Positions 1 to 9,396 of a stretch of DNA of 15,791 nt are shown here, one piece after another (positions within the stretch are counted from its first letter, which is position 1; every line of letters begins with the position of its first letter). A model generated the notes under the pieces. The model made no database searches, was not told where the DNA came from, and saw only the letters and a list, made by a program, of their open reading frames with translations. A program made the translations under genes and the position numbers. Origin of the DNA: a virus (Duplodnaviria; Heunggongvirae; Uroviricota; Caudoviricetes). The DNA lies in the IMG/VR virus record IMGVR_UViG_2737471840_000001, positions 1 to 15,791 of that record, one strand, 5' to 3'.

Positions 1-2109
1 ACCAGCAAATGCATCCTTCACCATGTCAGAAAACTCAAGGCGAAGATCAGCATCTTTAGGCATCGGAATACCTTTCGCATCATCAGTACCTTTACGAGCC
101 GCCGCGCCAGCAAGAATTGTCTGCGCAGCGGTTTCAGGAGACACGGAAACATCCGGATTAAACCAGTTTTTTTCTGCCAAAATACCACCAGGCTTGTCCA
201 TCAGTATCCCGGCAACGGCAGCAGATGGAGCGTTGGCACTGATCTGCTGTAGTGCTGACATATACACCTGCCCACCACCAGTGCTCTGCCTGATGGTATC
301 GAGATATGCTGCCTGTTGGGAAACTGGAGCATCACGAAAGAAAACACCGATCTGATTGGCCTCGTCTTTGGAAAAGAACGTCAGTGGAGTGCCATATGAC
401 TTAGCAAGGTCACTGACCTGAGCAGCACGCAAGGCAACGCTCTGTCCAAAGTTATCCTTATTGCTCATGTCGATAGGCTTTGCCTGTCCGGCGGCAAGAG
501 AGAACTGTACAGGATCAGCCTGTCTCTGCTTTATCACCTGACTTGCAGCCGACACAACGTTGTCATAAAGAGCGGCTCGTGCCGCATAACCCTCCCCTGT
601 CTCACCAGTATCCGGGCGTAATTGCTCAACATATGCTGTAATGCTGCTTGTCGGCATGTTGCGGAAAGAGCCTATATACTGTCCGGCGATTTGCGTATTT
701 CTGAACTCGGTATATCGCAGGTTTCCTTCTCTGACTCCATAAGCTGCAATAAAATCAGCCTCACCAGGTGGGTTAGGAAATTCAACGCCACGCATATACG
801 CAGCTGTCGCATCGCGAACTTGGCTGTCAATCATCGTTTTATATTCAGCCTGCTGCTGCCGACGCAGTTGATCCGCCTGTCGCATAAAACTTGCCTGCGC
901 CTCAGGAGATGCCGCATCGAATGCTGCATTACCGGTATAGCGTTTGGTGTTGGTTGGAATTGTTGATAAACCAAGTGCTGCACTGACACCAGCAGTTAAC
1001 TGCTGATCACTGTATGGCTGGCTACCGTTCTCATGATGGATAATGGCTGCACAAAGCGCCTTCAGGGTATCAGGATTAGATGCATCGAGAGGCTCATCAG
1101 CAGAAACGCCAAGTTGTTCGCACACTGCTTTGATATACGACATAGTGTCATTTTTATCAGTAGGCGGTGCCCAGCGATTAATTATCTCGCTGACGGTATC
1201 AATACCCTGTCTCTGATACGACATCAGGTTCCGCCCTAATGCACGAATCCCGTGTTCAGGTGTTTCGAATTTAGCAAATCGACCATCATCACCGGTCTGG
1301 CCTACCCACGGATTGGTTTTGCTGTATTCGAGATTTCCTGGGTTATTGTTGCGTATGCCACGGGCACGCTCGGAAGAATCACTATCTGCTACAGCACGGC
1401 GAGCTCCAGCAGCAGTATCACTTAACTCGCCATTACTTTGGATGAATGCGGTCGCATTGTTTGCCGACCACTGGGACAATGCTGCATCAGCAACCTTCTC
1501 TTTAAACTCGATTTTCTTGGCCTGGATTTGCTCGTCGCTCCAGCCATGCGCAATGCCGTAATCCTCAATTTGCTGGAAAGTTTGCTTATTAGCCAATACG
1601 TATGCGGCGTTGTCGCCATACAATGCTGCGGCATTTTTACCATTGTTCAGCAGCGTAGCCTGAAACTGGCCTTCTTCGTAGGCATTTATTTGCCCTATCT
1701 CGTGCCGCCCGGCCTGCGTAGTGAACTGAATGCGCTGCTGCTGCGCCTGCTGCATGAAAGCATTACGAGCCTGTTCATCCGGCAGCGACATAGCCAGTTG
1801 CTCGACCTGGGCATCAAACTGCTGCGTATACTCCTGACCTTTTCCAATAGCATTTTTCCCTTTCAGGTTAAGCAAACCTGTTTCAGGGTTATTCAGCAGA
1901 TCGCTGCTTATCTGGCTTAAGCTAAGAGAAGCATCCTGAGCCATAGCAACATTCGCACGCTGTTTTGCCTGCGCAATAATACCTGCATATTGCTCTGCAA
2001 CATCGCCAAGTACATCACCGACATTTGGTGTCTGAAACGATGAGAATCCCTGCGTCGAAATCCCTCTGCTCTGAACCTGACGGCCCGATGTTGTTGGTAC
2101 AACTGGCAT
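1..2109 (-). CDS. Large virion internal/ejection-like protein (position of T7 gp15/gp16), 5' complete, 3' end beyond the window edge
   Basis: ATG at 2109 (MPVVPTTSGRQVQSRG...) preceded by AGGGGATAATAAG RBS. Frame checked open by hand at 1-60, 901-960, 1321-1380 and 1861-2109, and reaches position 1 in frame. Contains GIRNNNPGNLEY at about 1324-1359. Sits after gp13/gp14-like genes in the tail block. Confidence 0.6.
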   Translation of the reverse strand, partial: MPVVPTTSGRQVQSRGISTQGFSSFQTPNVGDVLGDVAEQYAGIIAQAKQRANVAMAQDASLSLSQISSDLLNNPETGLLNLKGKNAIGKGQEYTQQFDAQVEQLAMSLPDEQARNAFMQQAQQQRIQFTTQAGRHEIGQINAYEEGQFQATLLNNGKNAAALYGDNAAYVLANKQTFQQIEDYGIAHGWSDEQIQAKKIEFKEKVADAALSQWSANNATAFIQSNGELSDTAAGARRAVADSDSSERARGIRNNNPGNLEYSKTNPWVGQTGDDGRFAKFETPEHGIRALGRNLMSYQRQGIDTVSEIINRWAPPTDKNDTMSYIKAVCEQLGVSADEPLDASNPDTLKALCAAIIHHENGSQPYSDQQLTAGVSAALGLSTIPTNTKRYTGNAAFDAASPEAQASFMRQADQLRRQQQAEYKTMIDSQVRDATAAYMRGVEFPNPPGEADFIAAYGVREGNLRYTEFRNTQIAGQYIGSFRNMPTSSITAYVEQLRPDTGETGEGYAARAALYDNVVSAASQVIKQRQADPVQFSLAAGQAKPIDMSNKDNFGQSVALRAAQVSDLAKSYGTPLTFFSKDEANQIGVFFRDAPVSQQAAYLDTIRQSTGGGQVYMSALQQISANAPSAAVAGILMDKPGGILAEKNWFNPDVSVSPETAAQTILAGAAARKGTDDAKGIPMPKDADLRLEFSDMVKDAFAG

Positions 2110-2121
2110 CTTATTATCCCC

Positions 2122-2661
2122 TTATCGACCGGTTGGAGTGCCAACAGCAGCAGAAATCGGCGCAGCCTTCTGAGAGAATGGGCTCCACGTTCCTCCGCCC
2201 ATCTGGTATGCACCGTATGCTTTTAGTGGTGCCGTTAACAAAGTGCTGGTCATCGATGATTTAGCAGCCGACTGAGCAGCAGCCCCCTGTGCCTGAGCAT
2301 TCATTCCCTGAACCTGATACCCATATGCCTCACGCTGAGCATTATTCACTGTCGTTAACGCATCAAGAGTGCCGAACTGAGCATTATCCGCAAAAACGTC
2401 AAGAGCTGTTCCGCTACTTAATTCCGCACCGGTAGCCCCCATAGTGGCCGCCGCAGTTCCTGAGCGTTGACGCATTTCACGACGACGCTGATCCGCTTCA
2501 ATATTCCCACGATTGATTGAATCCTGTGCCTGAGCTTCAGCAATTTCAGCATTCCGATCAGCTATGGCTGACTGGTATTTTGCCTGCTTGCTCTGGCTGT
2601 ACATTGACGCGGCTGTGGATGCCACTGTGACGGCAACCAAAGCGATGGCTGGGTTACACAT
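2122..2661 (-). CDS. Internal virion protein B-like (gp14 position), hydrophobic N-terminus
   Basis: 179-aa ORF from the track. N-terminal MCNPAIALVAVTVASTAASMY looks like a membrane anchor, rest is Ala/Gln-rich. ATG at 2661 shares one base with the upstream stop (TAATG). Confidence 0.5.
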   Translation of the reverse strand: MCNPAIALVAVTVASTAASMYSQSKQAKYQSAIADRNAEIAEAQAQDSINRGNIEADQRRREMRQRSGTAAATMGATGAELSSGTALDVFADNAQFGTLDALTTVNNAQREAYGYQVQGMNAQAQGAAAQSAAKSSMTSTLLTAPLKAYGAYQMGGGTWSPFSQKAAPISAAVGTPTGR

Positions 2662-3125
2662 TATTTTCTCTCCATGTGAAATCTGTGGAAATTAAGACCA
2701 AGAGCACCATAAGGCGCGGCTTCTTCAAGCCTGAATCCAAGCCAGTGCAGCCATGCTTTGGCAACATGGTTTCGCTCGTCGACGTAGTTTTCCAGGTGCG
2801 GATAAACTGCCAGCATCTGCTGCAATACAGGGCGGCAGTGGCGCAGAAATGTCTTCTGATATTTTTCAATACGGCTGGTTCCGACCAGCCAGGGCGTACC
2901 ATTGCCACCGATCATTGACGCCGGAGATACGCCAAACATGGTTACCAGTTCTCCGTTCGCAAATCCTGACCAGGCCATAGTCGCAGTACGCAGACCAACA
3001 CGCAGCGCATCTTCGGTAGTCATCAGTGATACCGCATACAGTTCGTCAATATCAGCCTGACGAACATCCGGCAAAATCATCTGAAGATGCTCTTCGGTAG
3101 CGGGAATAATTCGAACATCGATCAT
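2661..3125 (-). CDS. Hypothetical virion protein (gp13 position by synteny)
   Basis: 154-aa ORF. ATG at 3125 shares one base with the stop of the 820-aa gene (TGATG), implying translational coupling. Confidence 0.5.
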   Translation of the reverse strand: MIDVRIIPATEEHLQMILPDVRQADIDELYAVSLMTTEDALRVGLRTATMAWSGFANGELVTMFGVSPASMIGGNGTPWLVGTSRIEKYQKTFLRHCRPVLQQMLAVYPHLENYVDERNHVAKAWLHWLGFRLEEAAPYGALGLNFHRFHMERK

Positions 3126-5587
3126 CAGAATCCCCCAACAGTAAGGCGAGGAATAACGGCAAGAACAGACAGCGGCAACGGGTCAAGCTGACGGATTTTT
3201 ACACGTCCGTTTTTGCCCCAGTTACTGTCCAGTTTCACTTCTACTTTTCCGGTAGCGTCATCAACAGGATCATCGTAGAACTCGAATTCACGCTGTGGAT
3301 ATTCGTACCATTTACCGCTGGGCGTAGTCGCCCAGATGCCGCGACTGGCATTCACAACCAGAGTAACTGACGGGATCACCTGTTTTTTGTCCAGCAGCGT
3401 TTCCTGTCCGTTAATGTTGATATCCAGTGTTTCGAATTCGGCAGTTATTGGCAGGCCGATGTGCACTACAGCCCCCGGAGATTCCAGCGTGACGGCACCT
3501 CCGGAAACCACTTTCTGTGGTTCCACGTTCGCATCAGAGAGAATGTTTACGGTCTGCCCTTCAAGATGAGACAGGCCTCCAAATGTCCGGCGCGCCATCT
3601 GCCAGTTCGTGGTGGCCACATTCCTGAGGGATGGCGGGACGTTCCTGTTAGCACGAACCACTACAGCGGTGTTGCTGGTTACAGAAATAATGTCGCAACG
3701 TAATTCTTTTGCGCCAGTATCAGGATCAGTTCCGGTATAAGGGAACTGTAGTTGCGCACCGACATCACTACTGGTGAAGTACGCACCACCAGAAACACTG
3801 ATTGTATATTCCGCACGGTAATCCCATTCACCAGAACCACCAGTGATGGTCATCGTTCTGTCAGACGTATTTCTTCCATCATAGCTAAGGCCAGAATCAA
3901 CAAAGAAAGCATCTTCATCGCTGGTAAATAAACGGCTGGACAGTCTCTCGATGTATCTCACTATTTGCCCGTTAACGGTTCGGTTAACGACGAAATACAC
4001 CGCATCTTCATTGCCTTCGCTGATACTGCACGTGCTTTCATATTTTCCGGTACTGGACTGTGGTGCCCATGCAAAAACCTGTTGATCACGCAAATAGGTC
4101 ATCACCAGTAATTTACCGTCATCACGAATGCAGAAGGCGCTGGAGTAAGGGACAATCGAGAAGCACCAGTCAACAATGCTGTGCTTCTGAAAAAGATGAT
4201 TGGCAAGGATGGTCAGGTCGTTCCCCTGATAGCCATCAACATCGAATGAGTAGGCCAGATCACGGACAACACTGCCTTTCTCCTGGACGAACAGAGCAAT
4301 ATTCGCCACAGCAATTGGTGGGACGTTGCTTGAGCCATTTGATCCCTGAGAGCTGAATGCAAATGATGATGGGGTTAACACTTTGTTCTGGTCACCGGTG
4401 ATGACGTACTCACCTCCGGAAGTCAGTGCCACCAGCGAACCGACATCAATCAGGTGGCGGATCTCATTAACCTGACGCCCGGCATAGGTGTAGATAATTC
4501 TGTCGTCATCCTGCGTAGGATTGCTTTTGCCAAAATCCTTATAATCCCCAGTACGGCTGGCCCAGATAGTCTGAGGGAACGCAGTCGATGCGGCGAAGTA
4601 AAGACGTTGTTGATAATAAACAACAGTGCCAGGATAACCATTAACACTGTTCCAGGCATATTTAGCCCATTTATAGCTGGCATTATCCTCGCCAACGACC
4701 TGCGAAGGGATATAGGAAATCACCTCAGCAGTTGCAGTAGTGCCATTTACAGCAGTTATACGGGCAATGCCAAAACCACTGTGCAGATACTCCCACTCAA
4801 TGCCAGTATCATCATCACCCGATCCACCCCAGCCATCCCATGATGTGCCTTCTGTATGCGAAGGGCGCAAAGTGCCTGTTTTGCCTGCTGTAACGGCGCG
4901 ATAGTAGTTACTGTCTGCACGGCGAATATCGCCAATCGACGTACTCTTACTGGTTTCCCATACCGGCACTGAATCCACTGCTGGCTGTTCCAGATAGAAC
5001 AATTTGCCTACCTGCTCCGCGCCAAAAATAGAGGCGCTTGCCGTTAACGTAATTGTCCCGGTGCTGGCGCTGGCATAAACCGTCACTGACTCGTCAATAT
5101 TGATATCTTCAAATGGCCCGTTCTTCGTTATCACATCAACCAGTTGCCAGTTGTCATGAGCATATCGGCGCAACTCTTTCGGCGGGTATGCCGGGTGAAC
5201 CAGCGTAAGCACGTCGGCGCTTTGCGTGAATTTAATTCGGAACAGATCGGCTTCAGTATATGGCGTGGCAATTTCATAAATAACATTGCTACTGTTCAGC
5301 ACCAACGCACCATCTTTGATAACGCGCATGTACTGGTGTCCGAACTCCAGAGCATAGGTCTGAACCGTCGAGAACTGGAACGGGATCAGGCGGCATTTCC
5401 GATTTGGGTATTTGGCGGCACCGACAAAACGCGTACCAGGTCGATTCTCAACGCCGCCATACTGCCGCACGATAAAGTTATCGCACTTGCGCAATGCCAC
5501 CTGGTACTTCGCCATGTCAATACGCCCGTACAACGACGGTCCAATCTCACCACCGGCAAAGCTGGGTTGGATCCAACTGATAGCCAT
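3125..5587 (-). CDS. Tail tubular protein B-like (T7 gp12-like nozzle protein)
   Basis: 820-aa ORF. Size and N-terminus (MAISWIQPSFAGGEIGPSLYGRID) resemble T7 gp12 as I recall it. Directly follows the gp11-like gene with a TGATG overlap. Confidence 0.6.
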   Translation of the reverse strand: MAISWIQPSFAGGEIGPSLYGRIDMAKYQVALRKCDNFIVRQYGGVENRPGTRFVGAAKYPNRKCRLIPFQFSTVQTYALEFGHQYMRVIKDGALVLNSSNVIYEIATPYTEADLFRIKFTQSADVLTLVHPAYPPKELRRYAHDNWQLVDVITKNGPFEDINIDESVTVYASASTGTITLTASASIFGAEQVGKLFYLEQPAVDSVPVWETSKSTSIGDIRRADSNYYRAVTAGKTGTLRPSHTEGTSWDGWGGSGDDDTGIEWEYLHSGFGIARITAVNGTTATAEVISYIPSQVVGEDNASYKWAKYAWNSVNGYPGTVVYYQQRLYFAASTAFPQTIWASRTGDYKDFGKSNPTQDDDRIIYTYAGRQVNEIRHLIDVGSLVALTSGGEYVITGDQNKVLTPSSFAFSSQGSNGSSNVPPIAVANIALFVQEKGSVVRDLAYSFDVDGYQGNDLTILANHLFQKHSIVDWCFSIVPYSSAFCIRDDGKLLVMTYLRDQQVFAWAPQSSTGKYESTCSISEGNEDAVYFVVNRTVNGQIVRYIERLSSRLFTSDEDAFFVDSGLSYDGRNTSDRTMTITGGSGEWDYRAEYTISVSGGAYFTSSDVGAQLQFPYTGTDPDTGAKELRCDIISVTSNTAVVVRANRNVPPSLRNVATTNWQMARRTFGGLSHLEGQTVNILSDANVEPQKVVSGGAVTLESPGAVVHIGLPITAEFETLDININGQETLLDKKQVIPSVTLVVNASRGIWATTPSGKWYEYPQREFEFYDDPVDDATGKVEVKLDSNWGKNGRVKIRQLDPLPLSVLAVIPRLTVGGF

Positions 5588-6192
5588 CAGGACAACCTCG
5601 CAATGGTAAACTCGTCAACCGGAGGCTGTGGTTCCTGTGATTCATTCTGGCTATGCGAGCCAGCACTAAGAATCACGCGATTGTACATATTGAGGGCAAA
5701 CGTACCGAGGTCTGCATTCCCAGTCAGCGCCATGTTAATAGCTGCCGCAAGACGCCAGGCCAACGCCTCCATAAAAATGGCATCAAACATGTTCACATCT
5801 GTAACGCGAGAGACATACTTGAGCCATGCCTGAGGCTGGTCTGTGTAGATCAACTTTCCTGTTCCGTTGGTGTCTGCACCAACTTCGTACTGAACGCGCA
5901 TTGCTGCTGTTGGATTGCGTACACCAGGAAGCATAATTTCAGTAATGCGCAGACAATCTGACGGGTACTGGTACGCATATTCCCAGTCAGGCGGTGGATT
6001 GCTCGTATCTGCAAGCGCCACGCGTTTGGTAGCAAAGTTCCAGTCAAAATCAGAAAGCACAGCATCACGACAGGCCTCAAAGTGCAGCGAACATTCCCCC
6101 GCTTCCTTGCTGGCTTCCGTCAGGCTGTTAATGCTGCGGCTGTTGCCAATATTGGACAGCGCACGATTACAGATCTCTACTACAGAGGCCAT
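5587..6192 (-). CDS. Tail tubular protein A-like (T7 gp11-like gatekeeper)
   Basis: About 201 aa from ATG at 6192 (the track start at 6195 is GTG). N-terminus MASVVEICNRALSNIGNSRSINSLTE resembles gp11-type proteins by recollection. Overlaps neighbouring genes at both ends. Confidence 0.5.
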   Translation of the reverse strand: MASVVEICNRALSNIGNSRSINSLTEASKEAGECSLHFEACRDAVLSDFDWNFATKRVALADTSNPPPDWEYAYQYPSDCLRITEIMLPGVRNPTAAMRVQYEVGADTNGTGKLIYTDQPQAWLKYVSRVTDVNMFDAIFMEALAWRLAAAINMALTGNADLGTFALNMYNRVILSAGSHSQNESQEPQPPVDEFTIARLS

Positions 6193-6515
6193 CACTCACC
6201 TCCGTTACCGTACAGAGTTTCAGCCGCTGATTTTTCTACATCCCCGGAAACAGGAGCGATCGCCATATCAGTGATCTGCAGATCGGCGCTGCGATTAACG
6301 CCATCGTTAGTTTCTCTGGCAGACAGGCCTCGAATAACAGCCTTTGCAGTTATCATCACTTCTGTTCCGACGCCCTGAGGTTGCGCCTTCAGCTTATTCA
6401 ATGTGTCGTTATTAAGAGTGATGCACAGCCCCCACGGGTATTCATCGCGAGTTCTGGTTTCTCCGCTCTCATCCTGGTAGCTGTCAGTGCCGGTTTTGAG
6501 GTTTACGAGTTCCAT
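6192..6515 (-). CDS. Hypothetical small virion protein (possible head-tail adaptor)
   Basis: 107 aa from ATG at 6515 (MELVNLKTG...), with AGGAG RBS 8 nt upstream. The track start at 6521 is GTG. Confidence 0.5.
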   Translation of the reverse strand: MELVNLKTGTDSYQDESGETRTRDEYPWGLCITLNNDTLNKLKAQPQGVGTEVMITAKAVIRGLSARETNDGVNRSADLQITDMAIAPVSGDVEKSAAETLYGNGGE

Positions 6516-6525
6516 ATACACTCCT

Positions 6526-6549
6526 GCAATAAAGGGGCCGAAGCCCCTT
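6526..6549 (-). terminator. Intrinsic terminator-like hairpin between head and tail gene blocks
   Basis: Minus strand reads GGGGC-TTCG-GCCCC followed by TTTATTG; plus-strand coordinates 6534-6547 for the stem-loop. Lies in the 45-nt gap between the genes ending at 6566 and starting at 6515. Confidence 0.55.
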
Positions 6550-6565
6550 GTCTGATCCGCGAGGC

Positions 6566-6901
6566 TTACACGCCCAGTTCTTTACGCTTATCTGCGATCT
6601 TCTCGCGGAGCGTTTCGGCTTTGGCGTTATGGTGTGGCTTCTCGTTAAAGAGCAATTCGTACTCTTCACGGAGCTTATCCAGTTCACCATCATCTGACAT
6701 ATCGTTGATGATTTTGGTGCTGGTTGCTGCCATTGACACCTTTCCTGCTACCTTTGCTTTTGCCTGTCTGGCTGCATCGTTAACAGGTTCCAGTGCGCTA
6801 CCAGGCTCACCTTCGTATTCGATTTCTACCCCCTCCGGCCACAGAGTGTTATGGATATGAGAGAGGCGCAGAACGCGGTATCTTGGTTTCTCACCTGACA
6901 T
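6566..6901 (-). CDS. Hypothetical small virion protein
   Basis: About 111 aa from ATG at 6901 (MSGEKPRYRVL...), AGGTGA RBS. The track start at 6910 is GTG. Confidence 0.45.
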   Translation of the reverse strand: MSGEKPRYRVLRLSHIHNTLWPEGVEIEYEGEPGSALEPVNDAARQAKAKVAGKVSMAATSTKIINDMSDDGELDKLREEYELLFNEKPHHNAKAETLREKIADKRKELGV

Positions 6902-6911
6902 CAATATCACC

Positions 6912-7349
6912 TTAACCAGTTACTTTTGAGCGGATCGGATACGGCGTATTGGCATCAACATCAAGACTGATACCAGCAGTGAATTTGCCGGCCGTTAGTG
7001 GGCCAGTTGCGACGGAGTAGTTAACACGCAGATATCGCTGAACACCAGCAGGCACCTTTGCAGAAACAACTCGCTTACCTGCTGTCAGGGTGGCCTTTGC
7101 CAGTGCGCCACTATCATAAATAGTGGACCATGAGCTGTTATTCTCACTCGTCTGCAACTGGATGTTTACAGTTGCCTCACCACTTGCCGTGGCGGCTTCG
7201 TTAACCAGCACCCAAAACTCAAGCGGATAACCCACGCCGATATCGCGACGGTTTCCATCAATTGGACCGAGATCGATTACGTCAGTAGAAGCCGCGGTAT
7301 TCGTAACCGCCTGAGCTTCGGAGAACATCAACAGTTTGTCGGTGATCAT
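6912..7349 (-). CDS. Hypothetical structural protein immediately downstream of major capsid (possible decoration protein)
   Basis: 145-aa ORF, ATG at 7349 with GGAGAAAG RBS. Gly/Thr/Ala-rich composition typical of structural proteins. Assignment by position only. Confidence 0.5.
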   Translation of the reverse strand: MITDKLLMFSEAQAVTNTAASTDVIDLGPIDGNRRDIGVGYPLEFWVLVNEAATASGEATVNIQLQTSENNSSWSTIYDSGALAKATLTAGKRVVSAKVPAGVQRYLRVNYSVATGPLTAGKFTAGISLDVDANTPYPIRSKVTG

Positions 7350-7364
7350 CTTCTTTCTCCATTA

Positions 7365-7384
7365 GTGGGTCTGTTACGACCCAC
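7365..7384 (-). other. Stable stem-loop in the capsid-downstream intergenic region
   Basis: GTGGGTC-N6-GACCCAC perfect 7-bp inverted repeat at 7365-7371 and 7378-7384. No U-tract follows on either strand. Confidence 0.35.
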
Positions 7385-7400
7385 AGGTTAATAACAGGCG

Positions 7401-8393
7401 TTACACCACGCGGGCTTCTGTTTCCAGAAGCGCATCAGTTTCACGGATTGGTACACCACGGAATGAAGTCCACCACTCGCCTTCAGTCTCTTTTACGCTG
7501 ATAGCCAGAGATGTTTTCTCCAGAGACTGCAGATCAAGAGCCTGGCCTACAGTGCGGTTCATGTAGAACACCGGGCGGCCCATGCCACGGTTTGGAATGC
7601 GATGCAGTGCTTTAACCATCAACTTCGCAATATTTGCGGCAGAGGAAGGTTCTGAAAGATTGCTGACATCGATGTTTGCAATGCGAACAACATAACGCCA
7701 GTCACGCAGAGCAAGTCCGTTGTCCCATTTGTAATGGGTGCGATAGCCTTCGTACTTGCCGCCATTAGCATCTTCCAGTGTCACCTGGCCTTTATCTTCC
7801 ATCTGGATGCCAGCCTTCTGCCCTTTCGGGAAGATGCCATGCACGGTGTTTTCGCCCCACACCACTAACCAGATGGAGGTGTTATCTGTACCCGTGCCAC
7901 CAGCATCAATGATGTTCTGAGCATTACCCGCAGACAGGCTGGAATAGCGGGAGGACAGTCCCATAAACTGCTGAGGGTTAACGCTGGAATCACCATAAAA
8001 CAGCGTCTGCGCCATCTGCTGATTCATCGCTTCAATAAATGCGCGGTCTTCAGACAGGCGGAATTCGGCGGTATTGCCGTTCAGATCAGCCAGTGACTTA
8101 TCGACTTCAGCATAGGTTTCCAGCATGCCAACGGAATCGGTTACCTGCACTGTGGTTGATTTGCTTGGCTGTACGCCATAGTTCAGCAAACGCCAGGTAG
8201 CTGAAGGTAAACCAGAACGAATGGTGGTTCGGTGTCCGGTAGGAAGGTTCCCTTCGACAAAAGGCATATCCTGAAGGATCGGGTTAGTTTGACCGAGAAG
8301 CTCGATAATCTTATCGACTTTCCCGTTTGGATCGACGCGCTTACCCCAGTCAGCCAGCGTTAGCGCAGTTAAGCCTTTAACAGCCATTGTCAT
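7401..8393 (-). CDS. Major capsid protein
   Basis: 330-aa ORF, ATG at 8393 with strong RBS (AAGAGAGGAA). Sits directly after the scaffold gene in canonical head-gene order. Confidence 0.7.
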   Translation of the reverse strand: MTMAVKGLTALTLADWGKRVDPNGKVDKIIELLGQTNPILQDMPFVEGNLPTGHRTTIRSGLPSATWRLLNYGVQPSKSTTVQVTDSVGMLETYAEVDKSLADLNGNTAEFRLSEDRAFIEAMNQQMAQTLFYGDSSVNPQQFMGLSSRYSSLSAGNAQNIIDAGGTGTDNTSIWLVVWGENTVHGIFPKGQKAGIQMEDKGQVTLEDANGGKYEGYRTHYKWDNGLALRDWRYVVRIANIDVSNLSEPSSAANIAKLMVKALHRIPNRGMGRPVFYMNRTVGQALDLQSLEKTSLAISVKETEGEWWTSFRGVPIRETDALLETEARVV

Positions 8394-8401
8394 TTCCTCT
8401 C

Positions 8402-9097
8402 TTATTTGCCATAGAGCACTTCGGCCGCACTACGCTGGCCTTCATTACCACCGGTGACCATGCCATCTTCAGACATCGCCTTTCCGATTTTCACGAACGT
8501 TTTGACCAGATCAGGGTGATTACCCAGCCCGGTGGTGTTCAGATATTCTTTGAGTTCAGGTGTCCCGAACTGATCAAGCGCACGCTGTGCGACGCTAAGG
8601 TTAGAAATCAACTTGTCGCCACCGATTTCTTTGTCAGCTTTTACATCCGCAGCCCACTGCTCGGTTGTTTTCTGCCAGGCTTCTGCCTGGCGCTGCTGAA
8701 CACCTGCCAGAATCTTCGGATAAGCATCAACCAGCTTTTGCGCTTGCTCGTTGGTCAGGTTAAGTTCTCGCGCCACCGGCTCGAATTCCTTCAACGCTTC
8801 TGTATCAAGCTCTACGCCTTCGGCAGCCTGAAACTCGTACTTCTCAGGCGCACCCTCTGGTTTATCGCCGCCCTTTTTTTCATCCTGCTTATCGTTTTCA
8901 GGCTTTTTGTCATCAGCAGGTTTATCGCCATCAGCAACAGGTTGTGGCTTATCGCCTTCCTGTTGTGATGGATCAACAACTGGAGCAGGGTTATCACCTG
9001 CAGGCGCTGACGGTTCTGACGCAGCCGGAGCTGCTCCACCATCGACTGGTTGCTCATTGCAAAGACGGCGATACAGCAAACGCTCAAATAAATTCAT
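8402..9097 (-). CDS. Scaffolding (capsid assembly) protein
   Basis: About 231 aa from ATG at 9097 (MNLFERLL...), AGGAG RBS. Low-complexity Pro/Asp/Lys/Glu-rich acidic region (PQPVADGDKPADDKKPENDKQDEKKGGDKPEGAPE). Lies between portal and capsid. Confidence 0.6.
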   Translation of the reverse strand: MNLFERLLYRRLCNEQPVDGGAAPAASEPSAPAGDNPAPVVDPSQQEGDKPQPVADGDKPADDKKPENDKQDEKKGGDKPEGAPEKYEFQAAEGVELDTEALKEFEPVARELNLTNEQAQKLVDAYPKILAGVQQRQAEAWQKTTEQWAADVKADKEIGGDKLISNLSVAQRALDQFGTPELKEYLNTTGLGNHPDLVKTFVKIGKAMSEDGMVTGGNEGQRSAAEVLYGK

Positions 9098-9099
9098 GA

Positions 9100-9396
9100 T
9101 CACTCCTGTTCACTGGCCTCTTTGGCCATCTTCAAATACTGTTCAGGGCAATGCGCCATAACGCGCTGAAACAGTTCCAGCGCCAGATTGCGTTGCCCCT
9201 CATTAAATGCCATTGCCATAGCGTCCATCGGTGAGATAGCGGAAAACACCCGGCCTTTCTCCAGCACAGACCAGACAACGCGACGCCCCTGTTCACTGCT
9301 CATGACAAAGCGAATGTCATCAATTTCACGCTGTGCCATGTCACGTTGCTTACGGGCGTTTTCTTCTTTCAGTTGATCATCTTCGTAATCTGTCAT
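9100..9396 (-). CDS. Hypothetical protein between portal and scaffold
   Basis: 98-aa ORF, ATG at 9396 overlapping the portal stop (ATGA). Acidic, helical-looking composition. Confidence 0.5.
   Translation of the reverse strand: MTDYEDDQLKEENARKQRDMAQREIDDIRFVMSSEQGRRVVWSVLEKGRVFSAISPMDAMAMAFNEGQRNLALELFQRVMAHCPEQYLKMAKEASEQE

Noticed and set aside
1438-1920. 160-aa plus-strand ORF, and other 60-115-aa plus-strand ORFs in 1-2100
   Set aside because: All are antisense to the hand-verified open minus-strand frame of the large virion protein.
5144-5833. 229-aa plus-strand ORF
   Set aside because: Antisense to the tail-tube B-like and A-like genes and spans their junction. The minus-strand genes form a coherent coupled operon.
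8387-8968. 193-aa plus-strand ORF
   Set aside because: Antisense to the scaffold gene. Hydrophobic Leu/Phe-rich shadow-frame composition.
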